Source of the DNA: Camelus ferus | Taxonomy: Eukaryota | NCBI RefSeq assembly: GCF_009834535.1 | Contig: NC_045696.1 | Coordinates: 93,808,001-93,872,000 of the forward strand | Direction: 5' to 3' | Length of the DNA stretch: 64,000 bases | Shown: one piece after another, positions 23,055 through 33,870 of the stretch | Layout: each line of letters begins with the position of its first letter | Position numbering within the stretch: position 1 is the stretch's first letter | Position numbers and translations under genes: made by a program | The notes under the pieces: generated by a model | Databases searched by the model: none | What the model was told of the DNA's origin: nothing | The model's input: only the letters and a program-made list of their open reading frames with translations

Positions 23055-25027
23055 AAAAGAACAAGTATATACAAAGTCTTTATAAATTCAAATATTTGCC
23101 AAAAGTGTACAAGCAGTCTCAATTCATTGGGACACAAATGAGTATTTTTGTTCTCCACAGGTCACTGAATGAAGTCATTGTACAGTTCAGAGAAGCTATT
23201 CATAGAAACAACTAGGTTTGAAAAACAATACTGTGTCATGTAAAAACGACAGTTCACGGCAGAAGGGAACACAGTGTTAATACCTGCCATAAAACACTTC
23301 ATCTAACAACAGTACTAACCTGCTTGCCAAATAGGCTTTGACTTATAAGATGCACATATTTCCAGAACTGTGTAACATCTCTACTTATAAATTAATTCAC
23401 AGGATTCGCATAACTGCTTTTTAGTTTCAACAGGCTGTTAGCAAAAATAATACAAAATGATCCTTTTGCAAGCAACACATTTACCTTCCTTCCTAAATGA
23501 CATCACAGATTATAACTTGTTAGCCTTTCCTCTAAAAGGCCTGACATCAAAGAGGAGACAAGAGTTCTTGTTTTACCAGCCCCGAGACCTCGCTTGCTAT
23601 GTGTCCACTGCTGTTCTTCACTGACGGACTGACCCAGACCTCAAGGAGCTCAGAAATGTGTGCACAGGTAAAGAAGAGCAATCCAGGGAGGAGGCCACAG
23701 GTGCCCCTCTCGTGGGCTCAGTGCTGTGGTGACGGGACAGAGCATGCGAGCCCGGCACACTCACTTCCCTTCTGCCACGTTACTCACAAGCAGGTAACTG
23801 GCTGGCAGACAGCATCTGGGGCGTGTCACATGTGGCTCTGAGTCCCTGACTGATGTACCCTCCTCTGCCAGGTTTGCCCCCCTCTGTGGAAGAGAACGGA
23901 GTAGCCAGAGAGGGAACGTAGCTGCCAGGAACCATCACTCCATCTCCCTAAGTCTCCCAAACCCGCATTCCCTCCTTATGAAATGTACGTACTATTACAA
24001 TGACTTTTCTCTCTCCTGGCACTAGTGGGAGAAATAAAGTTCTGCAGACACCTGCCATTAAGAGAGACTACAAATCATACGGAGTTTCCATTAAGGTCAA
24101 AATGTTATGTTTCATTTAGGTACCATGCTGGCTTGATACTTTTTAAGGCCCAGTTTATCTTCCTTGAGATCATTAAATTGTTAAAAGTGTGTTTCAGCCA
24201 ATTTCCTTTTGGAAATGGGAGAACAGTCAAAAACCTTGCGTTATTGAAGGCAAATCAGCCTCATGTCAGTTTACCAGCTCATTGGGGACTATTTAAAAGT
24301 AGAACCTCTGTCCTAGATTTAGGATTTTCTCACATGCATGAACCATCTAAATTCTATGTTGTTAGAGTAGCTTAGTTTTTATTAGGCTATACTTATCTAA
24401 GACCAATATTGGGTGAGATGGATTTAAAAAAAATCTTAAAGACTCCATACTTTCCCTTCTAATGAGGAAAGAGGCAGCAAAAATTCAAGTGTCAATTTCC
24501 CTTTCCCGGGGAAAGATTTAGAAAAACTTAGCTCACCTTGAGAACTCTACCAGTTCCTCCTGAAATGAAGACAGCATTAGGATCAGGTCTGAAATATGAG
24601 GCAGAAAATATTTACAAAAGTGGGCATTCCTTAAAGACATAAAACCCTGGTAACACTGGAAGAACCACATGAAGGCGATGTTGAAAGGGGTGAAGTGAAG
24701 CTGGAGAAAACCAGGACACAGCGTCTTACATACGTTTTGTTTTTATGCCAGAACATGGTAAGACCAGGAGCTGAGGCTGCCTGACCCCTGAAGTGGACAG
24801 CTCAGCTGTCCTGTTTACCTTCTGCAAAAGGAGCGCTGTGCACAAACTGAGTTTGGCTACCTGGATCCAGTAGCTGTTCCTCTGAGAGAACAGGACCACC
24901 TGGCAAGCTTAAAGGCAAGTGTTTCCATTCTTTTAACAAATAGGCTGTGTTAAAATTAAAAACAGCCCTGAACCAACCAGCCCACCATGTAGTGCAAATG
25001 TGCAGTAACTAAATACCATGGGAGAGG
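23055..25027 (-). other. ARHGEF26: ARHGEF26 3'UTR (about 2 kb, 3' end inferred)
   Basis: Repeat-poor sequence after the stop; ends near a TATAAA hexamer with upstream TGTA motifs and a downstream GT-rich tract on the minus strand. Confidence 0.6.
23079..23084 (-). terminator. ARHGEF26: Putative distal poly(A) signal of ARHGEF26 (variant TATAAA)
   Basis: Minus strand reads ...gaattTATAAAgactttgtatatacttgttcttttgtgctggtgtg; TGTACA motifs upstream at about 23107 and 23179. Confidence 0.55.
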
Positions 25028-25170
25028 CTACACGTTGGTCTCCAGTCCCAGCAAACGTCCCATTCTTTCCACATTCTTATCAATGGTAGCTTGGCATGTT
25101 ATCTCCTTGGCACATTCCATAGGAAACCAGCCCCTTTCTCCATCTCGCAGTCTCTCCCCTTCATACCAGC
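25028..25170 (-). CDS. ARHGEF26: ARHGEF26 terminal coding exon; SH3 second half and C-terminal PDZ-binding motif ETNV
   Basis: Minus strand ttgcag|GC TGG...GTG TAG; WYEGERLRDGERGWFPMECAKEITCQATIDKNVERMGRLLGLETNV*. Confidence 0.96.
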
Positions 25171-25667
25171 CTGCAAGGAAGAGCAGAGTCCTCATGGAGC
25201 ACCAAGTATTTAGATGAATCTTGACTTACCAGCTCCAAGGGAGGAGGATATGAGCACGTTTCAACAGCAGCATCCTGCCCCAGGTTGGGTCCATGGATAA
25301 TGCAAAGTGATGAGAGAGCCTGTAGTGAGTCAGCTGGGAGACCGTGTGAACTGGGGCCGAGCTGTCGCAAGGGATGATGCTGTGGGTAGCAAGTCAATGA
25401 CTTTTTTTTTTAAAGAGAGGAAGGAAGAGCTTCTGGAGATGAGAACTTGGTCACTGGGAGAGTGCGAAAGAAGGAAAACTTTTCATGGGTCCCTCTGAAT
25501 ATGAAACCATGTGGCTGCATCCTGTTCAAAAATATTTAGATGCAATAAAGTATAAAGGAGAGGCAGATGCCTGTGAGAAAACTGAAGGGCTAGGGACCTG
25601 AGCACTGAGGACAAAATGAGGCCCTGCACGCTGGACCACCAGCGCCCCTAAGAACGCTCCCACTCAC

Positions 25668-25772
25668 CATCGCTGACACGTTGATAAATGAGGACCACAT
25701 CTGCCACCTGCAGGGAGAGCTCATCTGGCTGCTTGGCAGTAAACGATCTAATGATTTCCACCTGGGTCAGTG
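25668..25772 (-). CDS. ARHGEF26: ARHGEF26 penultimate exon; SH3 first half
   Basis: Minus strand ccccgcag|CA CTG...GAT G|gtgagt; 105 nt, LTQVEIIRSFTAKQPDELSLQVADVVLIYQRVSD(G). Confidence 0.96.
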
Positions 25773-26962
25773 CTGCGGGGGAAAAGGGACAGGATAAACT
25801 AGCAGAGGAAGAGCAAGACAGGTACAAATCAATAGTTTGCATTCACTTTTTTTTCCCCCTGTGCAATTCAGAGCCAGGCACAGATAGAAACAAGGTAGGT
25901 TTCTAAAAAGAAGCAGAAAATCTTTTCCAGGAACTCCCTTACTTGGCTAATAGCTTTAGAATTTTAGGAGCTCAGAATCGAATCAAAAGGGGCCTTTTAT
26001 GATACATGAATCCCCTCGAAAACAGCCCTTGTGCATTGGGGAAACAGGCAAGACAGATTTGGTAATGTGGCAAGGCCATGCAACTGAGGATAAAATCAAA
26101 AATGATATATCCAGTTCTCCTGGCTCTTGTCCAGGGCACTCCCCCAGCCCAACAGCAGCAGCATGTGAAAGCTGTCGAAGAAGTTTAGAAATAAAAGGCG
26201 CTCCAACCGGAAGTTAGAAAACACACACTTTAGACTTTCCCCCAAATGCTCAACCTTAACTTCAGTGACTTGCTACTGGCTGACCTGAGTTATTACTTTT
26301 TTTTTTTTAATATGAAACTTGATTCTAGGGAACTTTCAAACCAATCACTTTAGCTTTGACTCTGAACTTAAAGCTGATTTTTGAGTCTTCCAGGATATCC
26401 AGTTCTGCTGCCCTGATTCTCTGGACTTGGCCTTCCAGCTAGAATCATCCAGAGCAGCAGCACATCAAAGTTCAGGTGCGCAGCACATGACAGCACCCTT
26501 TACTGTTAATACAATTTTTTTAAAATGTTACTTGAATAAAAAAGGTCAAAAGAAAGGGTAATTTTCTTGAAGGTTAAAAGTATATTTCAGCTTAGACTCA
26601 GACCATCAGTATGGAGGTTTAAACATGCTACTGTTGCCCATGAGCAAACAGCTGGAGATTTAAGAGCTTTCCAGAACAAGTGGGGCCTTCAATGTCAATT
26701 TAACTTAACCTTCACTGTAATAACCCCGTGTTGTAGGTAAGGATGCACCTGACTTGCAGGTGATTTATGAGGCTCAGGAAGGCTATGCAGTGATCTGCCA
26801 CGTTCACACAGCAGAGAACTGCACCTTGGAAGCCAGACCCTTTGACTTCCAAATGGGGAGCAGCCAGTGCTGCTGCAGGGCAGCAGGAAGGAAACCTTGG
26901 AGGAAACTCACAAAGCAGGGATGGTGATGGTTAACCATTAATAATAATGTGTCCACTAGTGT

Positions 26963-26976
26963 CCAGCAGGGGGCAG
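26963..26976 (+). promoter_or_regulatory. Candidate CTCF site
   Basis: CCAGCAGGGGGCAG, a full match to the core CCASYAGRKGGCRS. Confidence 0.6.
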
Positions 26977-27019
26977 AGCCCCTCCACGTTCCAGAGTGGA
27001 TGGCCCTCCAGGTACTTAC

Positions 27020-27087
27020 AGGTTCGATCTGGAGGCTGCTTCCCACTGCTGTGTCCTAGGGCGGTTATCCAGCGGGCCCGCTCACTC
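27020..27087 (-). CDS. ARHGEF26: ARHGEF26 coding exon (3rd from 3' end); PH C-terminal helix
   Basis: Minus strand gtttag|G AGT...ACC T|gtaagt; 68 nt, SERARWITALGHSSGKQPPDRT(S). Confidence 0.96.
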
Positions 27088-30000
27088 CTAAACACAAAGG
27101 ACACGGCCAGTTGAGACTCAAGGTGCTCAGACACAGAATGAAGTATGTTCGAGAATGCCAAGGCATTCCTCCAAAACAGGGGAGAGTTTCTAGAGAGGTA
27201 AGCGGCTGGCCTTCAAAACAAGGGTAAGAGTTACTTAAAAATGATAATCTGAGCGATCTAAAATAGGCCCCAAACGAGTCACTGTCAAACAATTCTAAAT
27301 GAATTTGCCTTGGGATTAAATGGAATTTCTCATATGACAATTTAACATGTAATAAAGAGCTGATTACAATAACATAATCACAAAAAGATTTACTACTCTC
27401 AATCTCATGTTTAACATTTCAGAAAAGTAAATTTCATTTAAAAAAAAAATCCTAAGTCTCTCTCCACTTCTTCCTTTCCCTTTCCTCCAAATTCAAACCA
27501 TTTTTGAAAAGAGAAACCTGACATTTAAAGTTCTTTCATTACTCATACAACTAGTATTGCCAAATACAAACCTTATTGAAACAGACTTTCTTTGACTGAC
27601 TGTTCTCAGATACTTAAAATGGTTTAGTGACTACAGCCAAAAAAATTTAAGGGACAAAACCAAGACTTTTTATACAATATTCAGCTATAATTACATGAAA
27701 CAGAGTAATTATTTAACAAAAGGATTAAAGGTTCAGATAAGCAAGCACTATTCCGTAATACAGTAACCCCGAGTTTCTGATTTGGAAGCATTAGGACTGC
27801 GATTAACTAAACCATACACATACGTACACACTTTAAAGAAGCATTTATTAAACCCATACACGGCACATACAGCACTTGACATCCATCATTTCCTGTAGGC
27901 TTCCTAGGAGCCCGTCTGAAGGAGGAAGTTCCGAGATTAACTATCCAAACCAAGGTCAGTGTCTGCCCTGCCACTCCACCTCCGTAAGAAGGGGTGCCTT
28001 TACCCCTGGTAACGGCCTGCAGCTGAGAGATGCGTCTCTCTGTCACCCCATCTTCACGCCCTGACGTGCACCCGTCCTTCCACGCAGGCAAAGCAGACTT
28101 CTTACAGTCGGGAACGCCTCCCACTGTTTCACATCTTTCCTATTTGTTCTTCTCACTCTCAAGGACAACCTTCTCTCCGTTTTTAGCAAGCTCTGCCCAC
28201 TTACCATCACCATCTCAAATTGTTTTATTTTAAAGCACTGTGCTACAATGCATACAGATCTGAGTATTTAGGGAAACCCACATACCCATGCCACAGATCA
28301 AGATACAGACGTGCCAGGAGGTTCCCTTTTGTGCCTGTCCATCCAGTAACCACCCGCCAAGGCCACCACTGTTCTGACTTCCACCATATAGACAAGTTCT
28401 TCCAATCTTGTACTCGATGAAAATGGAATCCTACAATACTGTGTGCTTTTGCACCTGGCTGCTTTTGTTCACCATATCCACTCAGTATTGAGAACACAAA
28501 CCTCACCTCCAGATGGCATCTGATGCATGACTCGCACTGCCGTCCCCAACCCTTCCTGATGCTCCCCTCTGCACAGCTCTGTCACACGCTGGGCAGCTGT
28601 GGGCCTCCTGAAGGCAGGCATCTTACCTACTCAGTTCACCGCACTACCTCTAGAACACTGCCTGCGCACAACAGAAGTTCAATAAATGCTGACCTCTGAT
28701 AAGATTCCCACTCATTATCCCCAATCTTTTATCACCTTGTCTGTTTCTCTGATTGGGCCATAAACTCCCCAAGGGCAGAAACTGGGTCTTGTAAATAGTA
28801 TTAGGGAGCACGTATGTGCGAGGTACCATACTTTTTTGTATTTGGCAAGTACCATCTAATCTTTACAACAATCTTGAAAATATTACCTTTATTATTTCTA
28901 CCCTTTTTAGAGGACAAAGCTCAAGTCTGGAATACTGCTCATTGTAAAACTGCTAAGTGGTAAGATCAGAATATAAGCCAGGCAGCTGGAGATCAGTGAC
29001 TCAGTGATGTAGTGTCCCCTAGCAGGTGCTTACAAAATAACGAGGGAAGGCAGGAAGGGCAGAAGCTGCAGCCTGCTGCAAGACAGACTTATTTAAAAGA
29101 AAATGGGGATGGGCCCTGTTGGAGCTGGTGTGTCAAGGAGTAATACACACAGTTTACACAGAAACTGATGACACCATCTTGCTTTTAAAAACTCTCTCCC
29201 TGATACAGGACAAAGGGCTTTAGGATGGTTTATAAGAACAAGAAGCACAACCTCCTTTAAAATAATCCCAAGCAAACACTTAAATCTTTGATATCTCTCT
29301 GTTGGGTAAGATCTCTTTTTAAATTCAGGCTCAACTAGAATTCCCAAAGCACAGAGGCAATTGAAAACTAAACAGTATCTTAAGGATGAAGAGCTGTTTG
29401 CCGAGAGTAACCTAACAAGAGCCCTGTGCGTCTCTGTATGCGGTACCCAACACGTCAGACTCATCTTGGGCTCACCTCGGCGTCTTTACATGGCCCTGCC
29501 GCCGTCCTGCATGTGGGACCCGCCGGCCGTGGAACGTCTCTGGCACTGAGTGGCCGGTTTTAGCGGGGGCCTCACCCCGCAGCCAGCTTCCAGAAGTCCA
29601 GATGAAATCTTTCGCTCCTGTGGCATGCTGCCTGGAAGCTAACGGCATCCCTTAGACACGGCGGCCCCTCACAGGGACTCCAGAGGACAGAACAAGACAC
29701 TCCTTGTTGCCTGGCTGAAAGGAGCCGCTTCTTGAAATGGCTTCAATTGAATCAGTCCCACCCCCTCTTAGATGCCATCAAAACCGCACGACATTACCCG
29801 GGGCTTCCGAGAGCCGTGCCAAGGAGCTCCCTCCCATCGAGAGGCAGAAAGCACGGCATCTCTAAAGCAGGGAGGAGACTCGCTCCGCATAAAATGGAAC
29901 TCTAAGAACAACAACAACAAAACCAGGGCGTAGACGTACCCATTATTAAACTTAGGTATCAAGCCCAGGGCTCACGCGAAGCCAGCTATTTTCTTCAGGG

Positions 30001-32810
30001 ACAGTATGAGACAGTCAACACGAATTCACCATCCACCCGACGCCCAGTTCACTGAGATTTCCCTCTGCCCAAACGAAGCGACAGAGTCAGCGAGGCGGCA
30101 CTAACGGCGACCCGGGGCACATCGGCTTCCAGGGCGCTCCGGACCCGCCTTCCTTCCCTCATCCACCGTTCACTGAGTCCCTGCGGCAGCCCCGTGCTAG
30201 GCTGGGGTTGCCAAGTGAGTACAACGGGGTCTCTTACTCTTCACAGCCCTCACTGTGAAGGAGCAGACAGAGCAGAAAACACACGCAAAATCCAATACAT
30301 CGTGCAGTGCAGGATGGACCCTCTACATAAAACCCACTCAACTGAGAGAGAAAGGAAGCTGGGTTGAGAAGAGACCCTTTTAACATAAACAGCTGGAAAC
30401 GCAGCCTTCTCTGTGCGTGGCAGGAAATGCTGCATCTGCAGTTCCCTGCTCAGGAGCGAGCTGTCATAGCACCTTGTCCCGTCCCTCGAATGAGTAAGTA
30501 AGCACAGGAGGTTTAGACTTAATTGCGCACAGATCGAAGAGACAGCCAAATCGGACTTCTCACTGAATTACAGGCATCTGCTAGAAAAGATAGATACAGA
30601 CTGAGAAAGTGGAAAGCAGGCTTTGGAACCGTGAGGCAGGACAGCGGGTAAGACTGAAGGGGACGAACGCCCACCCAGGGCTTCCCCGATGAGGGGGTCT
30701 CCCTGGTTTTTCCATAGTAGCCAAGAGATCTCAGCTGCTGTTTAACCTTCCTTTTATCCTTCTAAAAATGGCGTTTGACCAGGTACCTTCTGTGCTCCTC
30801 CTCACAGCCTGCAAATTTACCCGTGGTTCCTTTTGAAACTCCTATACCCATGGTCACTGGGGACAGAAAGTCCTCTGAGCCTTCCTAGGATTGTGGAGAC
30901 ACTGGGTTTTGCTTGCTCTCTCACACGTCCAGTTCAATAAACTGACCCATGAAAGGAAACCCACAAGGTAAAAAAAAGTCCTGGAGGATGCTGTGCGACA
31001 AACCCTGAGAAAGCTAAACACCAGCGGCAGTGACTGATTAAAAAAATCCAGCCAAAGCAAAATAGTTCCCCTAGCCCACTAAGAGTTTTAGAATTGAGTT
31101 TCTGTGACACGTTGCATAATTAAGTCAATTGTTTCTTCTTTATCATCTCCAACAGCTCATGAGACCTAGTCTGGTCCAGAACCTGGCATTAACCTCAAGT
31201 GGGTAATTACCTGTTTCCCTGAAGAAAGACCCACTCCATCACCTGCCCTCCTTTTATTGGAGTCAGTGACGAGGATCACAAAAGATTAAATCTTTTTAAA
31301 GGCACTGTACAAATGTAGAGTATTCGACGTAGATTCCTGTAATACGTTTTTTCCACATAAATTTTCATCTCTACATTGTGGATTTTCCTTAAAGGATGAA
31401 GTCTCAGAGTATGTCAGATGTATTATCTACAATTTTATTCCATCCTCTTTACTTCCTGGTAATTGAATCATTAACAGAGGCAGGAAGAGCACAAAAGACA
31501 GCCTGCAAACAATGCCCCTTTATTAGGAGGCCCAGGAATGGGTGCGCTGAATGGCTGACAGGACCAGCCACATCCATTAGGCTTTTAGTTCATTCTGGGA
31601 GAGAGAAATTTTGAAAAGGATCTTTGATTACAGTTTCAGGTGATTATATCCTAAAACTAAATCTAATGGCCGAAGAAAGTCTGCAGTTCATTGCTGAACA
31701 CGTCCTGATGCCTCACCCCTGCACAGGCTGGACCCAAATGCCATCCACATTCCACGGCGGATGCAGGAGGCCAAGGACGCCACTTGCCGCAGCCTCGCTC
31801 GGTGCCAGCTGCAGCTGTCTGGGCTTCATTTTAATGAAGGCAGACAAAGGGGGCTCTTGGGCTCCAGCGGTCCTCTTGAAAGGCCAGAGGGAAAAGAAGT
31901 GACAGCAGTAAAACATTCTTCCTTTGTCCTTTTTTAAAGGATGAGCTTCTGTATTTTTCACAGACTACTGTCTCCCTAACAATACAATGACTTAAGATCT
32001 TTAACGAACAAATAGATATAACACAGCATGGCTTAGACTTACATCCTAGAAAAAGCTTAACCACATCCTTAATAGAAAGGCTGAAAAACAAGTGGAATTT
32101 AGATAAAGCTTGTTCTAGCAGCACAACAATGAACAGAGATGGCTCAGGAAGCAGGATTTCCCTACATGTGGCTACTAGTCTACCTTGCCATGGATACAGA
32201 AAAGCTAATTATATTAACTGTGAGGCAATTCCAAAAAGACTTATTGGGAACCTACTTTGTAGAAAGTGAGACAAGGACAAAACTGGAGCTGAGTGTGGAG
32301 ATGAGTAATAAAACGGTGCAGAATTGACTGGAGAGGAGAAAGGTTAGATGGCTATGAGGGTGGTTCAAAAGATAAAGGATATATGGGATGTCCTGGAAGA
32401 AGGCAGGGGGAGGGAAACACGTGGAAAGATGCAAAAGACTTTCCTATGGGAAGAACCAGTCCAGGATGGATTTGTTCAGATCCAGGAGCATTGGAAATGA
32501 CACCAATTCTCCAGACTGGATAACTTGAAATAGCACCGAGGGTACCATTTACAGAAATGCGTGTGTCAGGGAAAGCAGCGGGTCATGGTGATGACTGGTT
32601 CTAGGCAGGCTGCATTTCTGAAGGGACAGTGAAGAGGAATGGTTCCACGTGAGAGCAAAATGAAGAGCGCACAGATAAAATCTCCAAAGGGGGTTAGTTA
32701 GCCTGAGAGAGCTGGATGGCCAAGAAAATTAAACGACATTAGAGGTAAAAACAGGAAGACCGGACAGCAGGGTACGGTACCCAGGAAGCCACTGCCCATC
32801 TTCTGACAGA

Positions 32811-32824
32811 GCGCCCTCCACTGG
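32811..32824 (-). promoter_or_regulatory. Candidate CTCF site
   Basis: Minus strand CCAGTGGAGGGCGC, one deviation from the core consensus. Confidence 0.45.
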
Positions 32825-32899
32825 CTGGCAGAGGAAGAGGCCATACTGAAGACAGTTAAGGAAGACCTCGATGGACGGCGTCCACTGCTCAAGCCAAAA

Positions 32900-33870
32900 A
32901 CCCAAAGCATCATCGATTCTTTTCTCTCACCCACAGCCACCTCAACTCATCCAATCTGTAAGTTGGTCTTATTGTCTCTGCCTCCACAATGTAATGTTTC
33001 CTCCAGCAGACCACAGCCCACGCCACCATCAGGATGCCCCTGGACTGACGCAACAGGACCCTAACTGCCTTCCCCACTGAAACTTCCTGCCTCCACACCA
33101 ATCTTCCATGGAACTCCCCACTCTGGCCTGTGAGGCTCTAAACCTGTGCTCCTCAAAATATCTGGGGTGAAGAACTGGTCCTCACCCCTTTCCTACCCCT
33201 GCTCCAAAATAAAAATGAGTGACTGTTAAAACAGTCACATGCTTTGGTGCTGCAGAAATGTCAAATTGCTATATATTTTTAACTGTGTCCCTCATGCCAA
33301 GCCAGTAACGGTTGAGGACTGGTAGCCCACAGACCACACTGGAGTAGCTCTGCTGAAACACTCTGGCTCCATCAGCCCCTCCATCACATACCCTCTCCCT
33401 GGCTTGTTCTGACGTAGGCACTCTCACTATGCTCAAGCCAAGTTTGACGGCCTCGAACTCGTTTCCCTAGGAGTTTAGCACTTGTGCCCTCTGCCTGGAC
33501 CACTGCCCGCACTTTTTCACAGGTGGACTCCTTCCAGTCAGTCACTCAGGGCTCAGTACAAATATAACCTCAGAGAAGTCTTCCTGCCCCAGCTAATTCA
33601 GAGAACGTATCCCCACCTCTAGGACTTAACGTTCACTGTGAATACATCACCTGGCTTTACTGTCTCCACTGCACTTACTTTTAAAATTGGATGAAGAAGA
33701 AATGCTTTCCCATGTCCCAGCTCACTCTGGGCACACAGACATAAGTTCTTCCCTGGAACAGAAGCCCCCAGAGGGCGGGACCCAGTCTCTACTGTCTGTC
33801 CACTGCCACATCCCAGCACTTAGAACGGCACCTGAAAGGATACAAGTACTCAACTAGAATTCACGGAGTT
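32900..33870 (+). mobile_element. L2 LINE 3' fragments, with a probable nested hAT-Charlie MITE at about 33145-33351
   Basis: ttctctcacccacagcc...ccctctgcctggacc...cctcagagaagtcttcctg...cccagcacttagaac...tactcaa, typical of an L2 3' end. Confidence 0.6.
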
